DNA of 64,000 bases from a virus (lineage: Duplodnaviria; Caudoviricetes), in the IMG/VR virus record IMGVR_UViG_3300046820_001270, positions 256,001-320,000 of that record, one strand, 5' to 3'. Made by a program: the position numbers and the translations under genes. Positions within the stretch are counted from its first letter, which is position 1. Each line of letters starts with the position of its first letter. Of the stretch, positions 49,584 to 60,615 are shown in pieces. The notes under the pieces were generated by a model. That model made no database searches and was not told the origin of the DNA. It was given only the letters and a program-made list of their open reading frames with translations.

Positions 49584-52500
49584 TGGCAAAATATAAAGTT
49601 CCGAGTCAAGCTGCGAGTGGTGCTGATACATTCAGTGATAATCTAGTTGGTAATCAGATTACCAATGGTACCAGTCAATTGACTAATACTAACTTTGCAT
49701 TAGATAGTGAAGTAACATATAGGGACACCAAAAATTTTAAAACAAATCCATTTTCAGATTTTTTAACTTTAGATGATTTAAAAAAAGAAACTGACACATT
49801 ATCTACAGATGAGATTGCAAAAAGAAAAAAAGAAATTAAGTTTAAAGGTTCTAAAAGCGATGCAGGTAAATCTTTATTTGGTTCATTAAAAAATAGATTA
49901 GGAATCTCTACAAAAAATATTATTACAAATTTCCCCGCGGGAGTTTTAATCGATTCAAAAAGTTATACTAGTGTAAGTGGATTTACGGCAACAAACATAG
50001 AATATAATAAGTTAAACAACACAACACAATTTGATGTTGAATATGGTATGTTATATAATCCATTTGGTGTTATAATGATAAAACCAAATAGTAAAGATGT
50101 AATTAAGTCCACCAACCCAATAAGAGATTATTATAGTTCATTTAAAAAATATGTAATATCACTAAGTAATGTATCATATGATATTATATCATATACACAA
50201 CCAAATAGTGATAATATAATTAAATTAAGAGTAAGTGGTAAACCGTTTACCGAATCTACATATTCATTAGATATTTTAATTAAACCAAACGATGGAGTTG
50301 TTGAAGAATTCTATAATGGATTAGATGATTTAGAAGAATCATTATTAAATAGAGAAACCTCACCAATCTATACTGCGAGTTTTAAAGTACCGAGAGATAG
50401 TTTTGATAAAAGTAAAACAGAATTAATATCGGTTAATTATACTTGGCCAACTTCGGATAAAGATAATTGGAATATTAAAATTGCGGGATTGGAATACGAT
50501 ACGTATTTAACTAATTTAAGTAATATTGCAGATGAGATTGATGATTATAAGTCTAATTTATTTGTAAGATTTTTAACATCACCCCAATTATTTGAATTCG
50601 ATAGCCCTGATCAAAAGGCGGAAGCCATATTTCAATTATATGGTCAATCATTTGATAAGGTAAAAAAATATATTGATAACATCGCTCACATGAGAAATGT
50701 AAGTTACGATGGAATTAATAACATACCCGATGTATTGTTAAAGAATTTAGCCAACACATTGGGTCTTGACACGGTTAATTTAATTGATGAAAAAGGATTA
50801 GACGAATTATTATATACAAAAACATCACAACAATATTCTGGTTTAACTTCAGGTAAGTCATTAATTGATGCTGAATTTGAATTCTATAGAAGATTATTAG
50901 TAAACTTAGCTCACATCTATAAATCAAAAGGTACTAGACAATCATTAGAATTTTTCTTAAGATTCTTAGGTGCACCTGACCCAATGATTAAAATAAATCA
51001 GTATGTTTATAAGGTTACCTCATTACCAAAAACAACTAATTTATATAATTCTATTTATAATGCCGTTGCCGGTATAATAACAATGAAAACTGGTGTGTTC
51101 TTACCAACAGGAGGAACTATAGATGGAGTTGTTTATCCATATTACTCATATTATACGGGATCAACAACAGGTAGTACGTTATTAACTATGGATAATTATC
51201 CAGTTGATTTAACAACTTTATTACCAAAAGGAATTACAGGATCAACAGATTATTTTTTTCAAAAAGGTTCAGGTTGGTATGATAATACCACTAATCACAA
51301 ATCACCAATGGTGATTGATACTGATTTATCTAGTGGTACTACAATAGACGGTAATTTTGTATTAACAGGTAGAACAAAAACTGCGGTAACTAAAAATAGT
51401 GTTCGCACATACGGAGAAGATTATTTTGATGTATATAGAACATTACCTGGTTTAGATTTAGGATTTGGTTTAGAAAGTGTAATAGATAATAATCAAACAG
51501 AATTAGTAAGTGATACATCGGGTTTAATATTAAACCGTAAAAATATTCAAGTTTACTTATCATCAGCTCAGGCTATTGATTATGACATATATCGTAAATC
51601 AAGAGATTTAGAATTAACATTTGGTACTAATAGTTTATTACCACAAACAGGTGTAACATTTGCGGAATATGTAAACAAAGTTTTACATGATCAAGTTAAG
51701 AATTCACACACGATAAAATATAAGAAAAATTATATTACCTTAGAAGACATTTATCGTGACTACATTACACATACCGATTTTACACCATACACATTTCCTG
51801 ATGTGAATACATTCATTGAAAAAATGAGTCCGTATTGGACTAGCGTCGTAGATCAAATTATCCCATCGACAACATTATGGACAGGTGGTAATCTTATTGA
51901 AAATAATATTTTTGCTAGACCAAAGTATCAATATAAATTTGGGTGTCAACCAAAAGAATTTACTGAAGAACTATATCCAAATTTTGAATTGGCAATTGAA
52001 GAGGATTTAGAAACACTATTAGGTGAAGAAAATAATTTAAGAGGATTAATTGATTTAACGGGTATGACTTACTATCCCGTTATTGAAATTGATGGAACAA
52101 CATACGGAGGTAATACTTACCAAGGAGGTATTCATAAAATTGTTATTAGTGGAAATACAAACACATCTAATACTGCAAAATTATATAACACATGGACTTT
52201 AACAGGATGTACTTCAAACGTTAGTTTCCCATTAATATGTGACTATAAAGATTATGTAAAACCTGACATTGTTAAAATTAAAGAGTTATGGAAAAGTTCA
52301 TTAACAAACTTAATTAATTCAATTAATACAGGAACAACAATATACTCTGCGGGTTATGAAAATTATACACCATATTTAAACGCAACGAGTGGTACCACTC
52401 GATCAACACAAACAAGACCAAAATTAAATTATACATATTTTACGGATATTGACGGAATTGAAAAAATTAAATTTACCTCATTAAAATACGGAGCACACGA

Positions 52501-55500
52501 TTGTTCAGTTAATGAATATTTTTCATATAGATTCTATTCAATACCAAACGTTAAATCAACCTCATATTTAGATATTGATTTTTCAGTTAAGTGTGATGTA
52601 TTCGACGAGAACACAGAATTATGTGAATTAGTGGGAGATGTTATTGTAAAAATAACAGGGGCAACAAACATAGGAGTACAAAAAAATGGAATAACAGGAT
52701 ATCCTGTATTTGTTCATTATAATTGTGAAACATTACAACAAAATTTAAATAACCCAAGTATTGTTATTAAACCGACAAACGAAGATGTTTGTACTTTAAT
52801 TATTACAGGTGTCACTGAAGTTGATGATATTGATTTAATTTTTACGGATGCGGCAAATAGTGAAATGAAAGTTAAGGTACAAGGATTACAAGTCAAAGCA
52901 ATACATGATCCTTTAGTAAGAAGTCATTTCCAAGAGTTTAGTGTGTCATCATATAAAGATGTTGAAACAACATCAGTCTTAATAGACACTCAATATGGTG
53001 TAACCTTTTGTGATAACTACACAGGATGGACAATCACACCAAAAATACAAACAAGAAGTTCATTTAACTATGGATTAAAAGATAATACAACAGTATTAGT
53101 GTATAGTGGTGCAACAAAAATTAAAAAATTAGTAAGTAATTTATCTGTTGGAGATGAATTAGTTTGTTTAACATACAACTCACCCGAATCATTCTCATAT
53201 CAAACATATTTGGACGGTAAGAATAATAATGATTACTCATTTACATATACTGAAGTTTCAAAAAAGATTACAGATATCGACTGTTTAGGTTCTGTTAAAA
53301 AAAGTGTCATTGTTGCAAGACCATCTAATGGAAATTCAAATGGAACTAATGACGAAACTTTTGAAGTATTACCAACTACAAGATTAAGAATATTCACAAA
53401 TAAAGATGTGAATGAAAATACTTTAGAAGTTTCCGAACTTAAAAGTCATCAATTTGTTAATAGATTACCTGAACATATTCAAGTAAAATCAAATGAATAT
53501 ATTGAACCATGTTGTGATCATAAACCAGATCCATATTTAACAGGTGATTATATAATTAATCAAGACGGTGAGTTATTGGAAGTTATTAGTGTTGATTTAA
53601 ATTATTGTGATTTAAGTTTATATAGAAATATTAATGTAAGCGGAACAACACCATCAGATTTAATTTTATTTAACGGTACAAATAGTACACAAATTTTATT
53701 ACAACATAAGTATCAACAATTTATTGAAGTTGATTTTGAACAACAACAATATTATACGGATTCTGAAAACTGTCCAACAACACCGACAATTGCAAGTTTA
53801 GAAAGAAATTATGGTGTAGTTTGTGATAGTACACCAATAGTCCCTTGTGGAACAGTTTATACAATACCAACTCCATTACCATCACCAACACCTACTTCAA
53901 CAGTTACACCAACCGCAACACCTACTCCTACAACGAGCCCAACACCTACACCTACACCAACTAGTACACCAACTCCAACTGGAACACCAACTCCTACACC
54001 GACACCTACACCGACAGGTTCTAGTACACCAACTCCTACACCAACAGGAACCCCAACTCCAACACCTAGTTCAACTCCAATTTGTGGATTTGGTGTGGAC
54101 GTGAATATTATTACAGCAACACCTACACCAACACCTAGTTCAACTCCAATTTGTGGATTTGATGTAGATATTAATGTAATTACCGCAACACCAACACCTA
54201 CACCATCAGGAACACCTAGTTGTTTATTTGATGTTGATGTGAACATATTAACAGCAACCCCTACCCCTACACCTAGCCCAACAACTGATTGTAGTTTTGG
54301 TGTTGATGTGAACATATTAACAGCAACCCCTACCCCTACACCTAGCCCAACTCCAACACCAACTAGTACACTTAATTGTGTATTTGATGTTGATACAATT
54401 ATAATAACAGCAACCCCAACACCAACACCTAGTCCAACTAGTACACCTATAGTGCCAACGGCAACACCTAATTGTGCGTTCGATGTTGATGTGAACATAA
54501 TAACCGCCACACCAACTCCTACACCAACACCAACTAGTACACCTATAATACCAACACCAACTAGTACACTTATAGTACCAACAGCAACACCTAATTGTGC
54601 GTTCGATGTCGAAGTAGATATTATTTCTGCAACACCGATACCTACTAGCACCTCAATAGTACCAACCGCAACCCCAACTAGTACACCAATAGTACCAACT
54701 GCAACACCAACATCAACTAGTACTTCAACACCTACCCCGACACCAACTCCTACACCAACTAGTACATCTATACCACCAACCGCAACACCTAACTGTGTGT
54801 TCGATGTTGATGTGAACATTGTTACCGCAACTCCAACTCCAACTAGTACACCTATACCACCTACCCCAACATCAACACCGACACCAACACCGACACCAAC
54901 ACCAACACCAACACCAACTAGTACGCCAACCCCAACACCGACTAGTACACCTGTACCACCAACACCAACATCAACACCTGTACCACCAACACCAACATCA
55001 ACACCAACATTCCCTGATTGTGTAACGAGAGTTACCTTTGATGTCGATAGTCCTGGTGATGTTAGTTACGTAGATTGTTGTGGAGTTGGAAAAGTTGTTA
55101 CTTTTGGTGGAACAGGTTTGGAAGTAATAATTGATTGTATACAATACGGAACATTAATAGGAGCGGGAGCACTTATATCATTTGTTGTTTATAGTAATAC
55201 ATCTTGTAGTTGCCCACCAACTCCAACACCAACCCCAACTCCTACACCAACACCAACTAGTACACCTATACCACCAACTAGTACACCAACTAGTACGCCG
55301 GTATTATATTCACATAGTTTAGGTTTTGTACAAGGAGCATTTGAAGATCGTTATGGTCCGGCGGCATGTTCAGATTACGTATTTAGTCCAACAACATATT
55401 ATTCTAATTGTTCGACGTTGTCAAATGGTTGTTATTTATATTCAAATAATTCAGGATCACCAGTAAGTCAATCAGGTTGGTTCTCCAACGGTAGTTCCTA

Positions 55501-56407
55501 TTGGGTATTAGATGGACCGGGTTTACCAATAAGAGCACAAGCACCTTGTCCAACAACGACCCCAACTAGTACACCTATACCACCTACCCCAACATCAACA
55601 CCGGTACCACCAACATCAACACCAACACCTATACCACCGACTAGTACTCCAATACCACCAACGCCTGTACCAGCAACTTCATTTACGGCATATATTAGTG
55701 TAGATGATGGATCAGGATCAGGAGCCAACGCATGTAATGGGGGAAATTTCAGTTCATATTTTGCATATCAATTTAATGGATTTTATGGAACAATGTGTGA
55801 TGCTAATAGTTATATTGAAGGTGCTATTATTCAAGCAGAAATTGATCCAAACGGGTATTTTTGGTTAAGTGAAGGATCAGGACAATCAAGATACTTTAGA
55901 AAATACGGTTCAACAAATAGAGCATATCCACAAGAGGGTTGTGTAAACTGTCCAACACCGGTACCACCAACATCAACACCAGTACCACCAACATCGACAC
56001 CTGTACCACCAACATCAACACCGGTACCTGATCCAACATCAACACCGGTACCTGATCCAACATCAACACCGGTACCTGATCCAACATCAACACCGGTACC
56101 AGCACCAACACCAACACCTGGAACATCATATACATATCGATTAGGACCATCATACACATTGGCAAGCCAAGCATGTACAAATTTCGGTATGGATTTGTAT
56201 ACTGAAGTCTTCGCAGCAACGAATGAAATAACTGAGGTACAACAATTCTTCACAGATTCTGGTCTAACAGCATTATATTTAGGAGAGAATGAAACTCACG
56301 CATTTCAATTAATGGATGGAGCTTTTCCAATTGGTATCTCATATTCAGGAAGAATTTCATACACAGGACAGGTATCGGATAGAACATTCTGTGCGGAACA
56401 ACCTTAA
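49583..56407 (+). CDS. Giant baseplate wedge / fibre protein (gp7 / P2 gpI-like N-terminal part plus about 850 aa PT-linked modular tail)
   Basis: [29 protein letters not shown] is the KGT motif of gpI/gp7-type wedge proteins. The C-terminal third is PT repeats and Cys modules. Confidence 0.65.
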   Translation: MAKYKVPSQAASGADTFSDNLVGNQITNGTSQLTNTNFALDSEVTYRDTKNFKTNPFSDFLTLDDLKKETDTLSTDEIAKRKKEIKFKGSKSDAGKSLFGSLKNRLGISTKNIITNFPAGVLIDSKSYTSVSGFTATNIEYNKLNNTTQFDVEYGMLYNPFGVIMIKPNSKDVIKSTNPIRDYYSSFKKYVISLSNVSYDIISYTQPNSDNIIKLRVSGKPFTESTYSLDILIKPNDGVVEEFYNGLDDLEESLLNRETSPIYTASFKVPRDSFDKSKTELISVNYTWPTSDKDNWNIKIAGLEYDTYLTNLSNIADEIDDYKSNLFVRFLTSPQLFEFDSPDQKAEAIFQLYGQSFDKVKKYIDNIAHMRNVSYDGINNIPDVLLKNLANTLGLDTVNLIDEKGLDELLYTKTSQQYSGLTSGKSLIDAEFEFYRRLLVNLAHIYKSKGTRQSLEFFLRFLGAPDPMIKINQYVYKVTSLPKTTNLYNSIYNAVAGIITMKTGVFLPTGGTIDGVVYPYYSYYTGSTTGSTLLTMDNYPVDLTTLLPKGITGSTDYFFQKGSGWYDNTTNHKSPMVIDTDLSSGTTIDGNFVLTGRTKTAVTKNSVRTYGEDYFDVYRTLPGLDLGFGLESVIDNNQTELVSDTSGLILNRKNIQVYLSSAQAIDYDIYRKSRDLELTFGTNSLLPQTGVTFAEYVNKVLHDQVKNSHTIKYKKNYITLEDIYRDYITHTDFTPYTFPDVNTFIEKMSPYWTSVVDQIIPSTTLWTGGNLIENNIFARPKYQYKFGCQPKEFTEELYPNFELAIEEDLETLLGEENNLRGLIDLTGMTYYPVIEIDGTTYGGNTYQGGIHKIVISGNTNTSNTAKLYNTWTLTGCTSNVSFPLICDYKDYVKPDIVKIKELWKSSLTNLINSINTGTTIYSAGYENYTPYLNATSGTTRSTQTRPKLNYTYFTDIDGIEKIKFTSLKYGAHDCSVNEYFSYRFYSIPNVKSTSYLDIDFSVKCDVFDENTELCELVGDVIVKITGATNIGVQKNGITGYPVFVHYNCETLQQNLNNPSIVIKPTNEDVCTLIITGVTEVDDIDLIFTDAANSEMKVKVQGLQVKAIHDPLVRSHFQEFSVSSYKDVETTSVLIDTQYGVTFCDNYTGWTITPKIQTRSSFNYGLKDNTTVLVYSGATKIKKLVSNLSVGDELVCLTYNSPESFSYQTYLDGKNNNDYSFTYTEVSKKITDIDCLGSVKKSVIVARPSNGNSNGTNDETFEVLPTTRLRIFTNKDVNENTLEVSELKSHQFVNRLPEHIQVKSNEYIEPCCDHKPDPYLTGDYIINQDGELLEVISVDLNYCDLSLYRNINVSGTTPSDLILFNGTNSTQILLQHKYQQFIEVDFEQQQYYTDSENCPTTPTIASLERNYGVVCDSTPIVPCGTVYTIPTPLPSPTPTSTVTPTATPTPTTSPTPTPTPTSTPTPTGTPTPTPTPTPTGSSTPTPTPTGTPTPTPSSTPICGFGVDVNIITATPTPTPSSTPICGFDVDINVITATPTPTPSGTPSCLFDVDVNILTATPTPTPSPTTDCSFGVDVNILTATPTPTPSPTPTPTSTLNCVFDVDTIIITATPTPTPSPTSTPIVPTATPNCAFDVDVNIITATPTPTPTPTSTPIIPTPTSTLIVPTATPNCAFDVEVDIISATPIPTSTSIVPTATPTSTPIVPTATPTSTSTSTPTPTPTPTPTSTSIPPTATPNCVFDVDVNIVTATPTPTSTPIPPTPTSTPTPTPTPTPTPTPTSTPTPTPTSTPVPPTPTSTPVPPTPTSTPTFPDCVTRVTFDVDSPGDVSYVDCCGVGKVVTFGGTGLEVIIDCIQYGTLIGAGALISFVVYSNTSCSCPPTPTPTPTPTPTPTSTPIPPTSTPTSTPVLYSHSLGFVQGAFEDRYGPAACSDYVFSPTTYYSNCSTLSNGCYLYSNNSGSPVSQSGWFSNGSSYWVLDGPGLPIRAQAPCPTTTPTSTPIPPTPTSTPVPPTSTPTPIPPTSTPIPPTPVPATSFTAYISVDDGSGSGANACNGGNFSSYFAYQFNGFYGTMCDANSYIEGAIIQAEIDPNGYFWLSEGSGQSRYFRKYGSTNRAYPQEGCVNCPTPVPPTSTPVPPTSTPVPPTSTPVPDPTSTPVPDPTSTPVPDPTSTPVPAPTPTPGTSYTYRLGPSYTLASQACTNFGMDLYTEVFAATNEITEVQQFFTDSGLTALYLGENETHAFQLMDGAFPIGISYSGRISYTGQVSDRTFCAEQP
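54083..54830 (+). repeat. Eight copies of C-x-F-(D/G)-V-(D/E)-(V/I/T)-x-(I/V) separated by PT linkers
   Basis: [80 protein letters not shown]. Confidence 0.92.
56011..56100 (+). repeat. Perfect 24-bp tandem repeat, 3.75 copies (TSTPVPDP)
   Basis: aacatcaacaccggtacctgatcc three times plus an 18-nt partial copy. Confidence 0.95.
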
Positions 56408-56456
56408 TAAAAAATAAAACAAAATAAACAGATATTTATAAAAAGAAACAAATAAT

Positions 56457-57020
56457 ATGACAATAACATTTACATTAACATCTGGATCATCAACAACATC
56501 TGCAGGTCCATTTAACATTTCAGGAACAACAAACGGAGGTGCATTAAATGGTGTATCAATAGCGACAGGAGTAACCAAAGCACAATTATTAGCGGGACAT
56601 ATAGTAACAAATGTTACACCTGAAAACATAACAGGTGGAACAATTGCAAGTACAGGAATTGCTTGTCCTTCATCAACAACAAATTGGTACGTTACACCAC
56701 CACCAACACCAACAGCAACTGCTGGTGTAGTAACATCATATTCATATCAATTAGGACCATCACACACAAATGCAACTTTAGCTTGTAGTGGTATTAATGG
56801 TGGTCAGGGAGAGATTGCAGATTTCTTAACCGAAGTATATGCTGCGACAGATCAACCAGGTGATGTGACACAATTCTTTACCGATGCTGGTTTAACAAGT
56901 GGTTACGGTGGAGAGAGTGAAATTCACGGATATTTCAGAACTGGAGGTCTTCAAGATTATACAGGACGAGTTTCACCAAGTGGTTTTGTAACAGAAAGAA
57001 ATCCTTGTATTGCTCCATAA
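56457..57020 (+). CDS. Small two-domain fibre/decoration protein sharing its C-terminal module with the upstream giant protein
   Basis: The TSYSYQLGPS...TEVYAAT...QFFTDAGLT...GR.S..G.V..R..C module is homologous to 56122-56407. Confidence 0.65.
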   Translation: MTITFTLTSGSSTTSAGPFNISGTTNGGALNGVSIATGVTKAQLLAGHIVTNVTPENITGGTIASTGIACPSSTTNWYVTPPPTPTATAGVVTSYSYQLGPSHTNATLACSGINGGQGEIADFLTEVYAATDQPGDVTQFFTDAGLTSGYGGESEIHGYFRTGGLQDYTGRVSPSGFVTERNPCIAP

Positions 57021-57044
57021 AATTAAAAAATACATAACAATATT

Positions 57045-57072
57045 AAAACCCCTTTATTATGAGGGGTTTTTT
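57045..57072 (+). terminator. Rho-independent terminator
   Basis: Stem aaaacccctt / gaggggtttt, loop tattat, followed by a T run. Confidence 0.8.
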
Positions 57073-57105
57073 ATTTAAATTCCATATAATACTATTTATA
57101 GAGAT

Positions 57106-59304
57106 ATGGGTTTAAATATTAGATTACATAACATAAATTTAAAGAATAACTTTAAATTATCATATAGAATTGGTAATACCTCAGGGGATGTTAATACAAT
57201 AAACTCAGGTTATACCAATTACACTATTGGTGCAACCTTGAGTGGAAATACAGTCTACCCCTCAAGTGATGTGAGAGATTACGAAACAAACCCAATTATT
57301 TTTACTGGTGCAACATTCAATACACAATATTGGTTTAAATTTTTAGATCAAACAACAGGTTTATATACAATTGAAAATATTAACACACACGAAAGTAAGT
57401 ATTATGAGTGTTATGATAAGATAGATTTTTATGTTACCGTAACAGGAGATATTTGTGATACACCTTTAAATGGTGATGTATTTAACCCAACAATTACATT
57501 ATATGATTATTTAAATGATACCGGTTATTACGGTAACCATTCATCGATGACGGGATCGACAGGTTCAGTTTATAACGTATATACAGGAAATACATCAGAT
57601 ATTAATGGAACTTCAACAGGATTAATTAAATCGGGAGCAACAACAAATCAAAGTAATGGAATTATACATTCATTTAATTATACGGTAAATTACCCACCAA
57701 CATTACCAATGCAACCATTATATGTTTTTGTTGAACATATGGACGGAAGTGTATGGAATGGTAATAACACAAACCCAAAAAAACAAGGAGGTTTTGAAGT
57801 GAAAAGAGTAAGAATGGAAAATATATTTGATTATGTTAGTACTAATGAAACTCAAACACCATTACCAACTAGTACTCTAATGGCAACACCAACTAGCACA
57901 CCAATATCACCAACCGCAACACCAACTAGTACTCCTATTATATCAACTAGTACACCAACACCTACACCAACTAGTACCCCTATAACACCAACTAGTACAC
58001 CAATTATACCAACTAGCACACCTATAACACCAACTAGTACTCCTATAATACCTACTAGTACACCTATAACACCAACTAGTACACCTGTTTCAACAACTAA
58101 ATTTATTGTTAAAAAATGTGCAGGTAGCGGTGGAGATGGTGTAACAAGTTATAAAGTCCAAATTGCACCAAATGCAACACTAAATAAATCTTATACATTA
58201 TATGGTGGAGTGGGAGTACCTGCAGATATGGATGGTTATAATTGTTGGTATGTTGAAAGTACTGTAACTGATACCACATCACCTGATTATACTTTAAATT
58301 ATCATGCGGAATATAACGATTGTGGAAGTTGTAGTTCAGTTTCATTACTAGTTTATTCGGGTAATTCATTACCAAACGTATGTGCATCAACAACCGAAAT
58401 AACAGTTTATTATAGAGGCACATTAGGTGTCGATACGATTTTATATACTACATCAAATCTTTCAGATGAAGTGGAAACTCCAGGTTATTATAAATCGGTA
58501 AATAATGGAGATATTTACCACGTAGGTGTTGCTGGTCAATATCCATATATACCATCACCAGGAGATGGTTGGATTACTGACATTCAACTTTGTCCAACAC
58601 CAACTCCAACACCTATTCCATCTTATACATTTAATTTATATGTAAGTGAAACAAGTGGCGCAGTTGCTTGTGCTGGAGGTGACACACCCGCAGGTTCTTA
58701 TCATCAATTTGTAATAACAGGTAATACAACTAATTTCTGTACATCAACATCATTTACTTGTGATTTTATAACATCATATGATCTTTATCAATTTTGGGTT
58801 AGTGATGGAACTAATTCAAGAAGTTTAACAAGAAATGGTGGTCAAGGTATTGAAACAGCATCACCTGATGGTGCTTGTTCTGTATGTGGATCAACTCCAA
58901 CTCCTACACCGACTAGTACACCTACTCCAACCCCAACAGCAACACCTTCATTACCGGCCGGAGTTTTAGGTTTTGGATCTTCAGATAGTAATTACCAACA
59001 ATGTGACGGACTTAATAACTATGAGTATAATAGAACATACTATGTTGATTTTACAAGTGCAAGAAGTATGGGTGGATATGTTGTTGTTTATTTAAATGAT
59101 AATTCAAACATACAATTACCATTTAATCAAAGTGCCACCTCTGCATCTTTAACCGTTTCATGTGGATGTGGGTCAGACTGTGCAAGTATAGAATATGTAA
59201 TGAATGTAATATATATCACACCAACCCAAACACCAGAACCATTATTACCTACATCTACACCAACTGAAGGAGGTGGAGGAGAGGTTCCACTTGAACCAAC
59301 ATAA
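57106..59304 (+). CDS. Modular PT-linked Cys-rich fibre/adhesin-like protein
   Basis: N-terminal beta domain, then four Cys-bounded modules separated by PT tracts. Confidence 0.65.
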   Translation: MGLNIRLHNINLKNNFKLSYRIGNTSGDVNTINSGYTNYTIGATLSGNTVYPSSDVRDYETNPIIFTGATFNTQYWFKFLDQTTGLYTIENINTHESKYYECYDKIDFYVTVTGDICDTPLNGDVFNPTITLYDYLNDTGYYGNHSSMTGSTGSVYNVYTGNTSDINGTSTGLIKSGATTNQSNGIIHSFNYTVNYPPTLPMQPLYVFVEHMDGSVWNGNNTNPKKQGGFEVKRVRMENIFDYVSTNETQTPLPTSTLMATPTSTPISPTATPTSTPIISTSTPTPTPTSTPITPTSTPIIPTSTPITPTSTPIIPTSTPITPTSTPVSTTKFIVKKCAGSGGDGVTSYKVQIAPNATLNKSYTLYGGVGVPADMDGYNCWYVESTVTDTTSPDYTLNYHAEYNDCGSCSSVSLLVYSGNSLPNVCASTTEITVYYRGTLGVDTILYTTSNLSDEVETPGYYKSVNNGDIYHVGVAGQYPYIPSPGDGWITDIQLCPTPTPTPIPSYTFNLYVSETSGAVACAGGDTPAGSYHQFVITGNTTNFCTSTSFTCDFITSYDLYQFWVSDGTNSRSLTRNGGQGIETASPDGACSVCGSTPTPTPTSTPTPTPTATPSLPAGVLGFGSSDSNYQQCDGLNNYEYNRTYYVDFTSARSMGGYVVVYLNDNSNIQLPFNQSATSASLTVSCGCGSDCASIEYVMNVIYITPTQTPEPLLPTSTPTEGGGGEVPLEPT

Positions 59305-59320
59305 AAATATTAAATAAAAA

Positions 59321-60592
59321 ATGAGTAAAGGAATAAAAATAGATTTTGGTAATGGAGGTTTCACTTATGATGTTTACACATCATTAAGTAGAACGTCTTG
59401 GAGTGATATACCATATATTTCTGGATTTACGGGTCAAACTTTAACAATTAATACTGATTTATTAGGTTATACGGGTATTACGGATACTGTTTTATATGTA
59501 AAAACAACTTGTCCTCATTGTAAACCACAAATAGTAAAAGTAAAATTAGAACCGGAACCAATATCATTAACAGGATCTACTGTAAATGGTACGTGTGAAA
59601 ATTGTGGTGATATCGATGAACCAGAATGTAACGGTGCAATTACTTTATATGTTTGTGGTGGAGTTAGACCATTTACATATCAATGGTCAGGAGCGACTAA
59701 AAGTGGTAAAGTTATCACATCAACAACAAAAGATTTAGGATATTTGGAGGAAGGTAATTATAATGTAATAGTTTCCGATAGTTATGGAATAACAGGAACA
59801 ACAGGTTTTACTATTGATGTAGCACCTTGTAATCCACCGATAAATTTAACAGCGGTAGCACCTATCATTTCAACCCCAACACCAACACCTACACCTAGTC
59901 CAACACCTACACCTACCAATACATCAACCCCTACCCCAACACCTAGTCCAACACCAACACCTACACCTACCGCCACAGATAATGACGGAAGTATTTTATT
60001 AGTCTCTAGTTCATCTAGATCTTCGGCTTGTAATGAATATGAAACAGGTACAAAAGTTAAATATTGGGTTATGGATGGTGGAGGATTACAAACGGGTAAT
60101 GTCTTGTGTCAAAATAATAACTGTTCAACTAAAGCACTAAATGGTTTTTATTCTGACGGTACAAATTATTATGAAGTAGGATATGGAGGAACAGGTGAAA
60201 TAATTAGTCAGGGACTATGTAGTGCTCTTGGTAATACAACAATCGGTTTAAGTAGTTCCGCAACATGTAGAACCGTTGGTTCTTGTAACGATAACGCTAC
60301 TTGTGGTGTTAGAATACCAATATTATTTAATAATGGAAGACCAAGTGCAACACAAATATTTGTCACAGTAACATCATCACAAAGTGGTGCAAGTGTTTCT
60401 ATATATAACGATTTCGGAGATAATGCTACTGGTTGTTTTCTTATTTATACTGAAAATAGTGGTTCTGGAACTATAGCGTTCACTTTAACACTTAAAACTT
60501 CCCCTGGAAATGAATATATATGTGATAGTGGTCTAATAAATTTATCACATAATAATGGGGGACAACCTTGGAGTATGTTAAATGACTGTTAA
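59321..60592 (+). CDS. Modular fibre/adhesin-like protein with an SprB-type repeat
   Basis: CNGAITLYVCGGVRPFTYQWSG...DLGYLEEGNYNVIVSDSYG matches the SprB repeat pattern C.G.I...V.GG..PY.Y.WS...L..L..G.Y.V.V.D..G. Confidence 0.65.
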   Translation: MSKGIKIDFGNGGFTYDVYTSLSRTSWSDIPYISGFTGQTLTINTDLLGYTGITDTVLYVKTTCPHCKPQIVKVKLEPEPISLTGSTVNGTCENCGDIDEPECNGAITLYVCGGVRPFTYQWSGATKSGKVITSTTKDLGYLEEGNYNVIVSDSYGITGTTGFTIDVAPCNPPINLTAVAPIISTPTPTPTPSPTPTPTNTSTPTPTPSPTPTPTPTATDNDGSILLVSSSSRSSACNEYETGTKVKYWVMDGGGLQTGNVLCQNNNCSTKALNGFYSDGTNYYEVGYGGTGEIISQGLCSALGNTTIGLSSSATCRTVGSCNDNATCGVRIPILFNNGRPSATQIFVTVTSSQSGASVSIYNDFGDNATGCFLIYTENSGSGTIAFTLTLKTSPGNEYICDSGLINLSHNNGGQPWSMLNDC

Positions 60593-60615
60593 AAATAGTA
60601 AAATAAAAATATAAA

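Noticed and set aside
54083-56100. CRISPR array
   Set aside because: The repeats are in-frame coding units with related, non-unique spacers and no cas genes.
53847-56253. Antisense (VGVGVG...) and alternate-frame (HQHLHQ...) ORFs over PT repeats, also at 156, 27754, 27840, 46439, 59782, 60779-61091
   Set aside because: These are shadows of ACA/CCA codon runs, which lack stops in other frames. They have no independent starts or upstream motifs.
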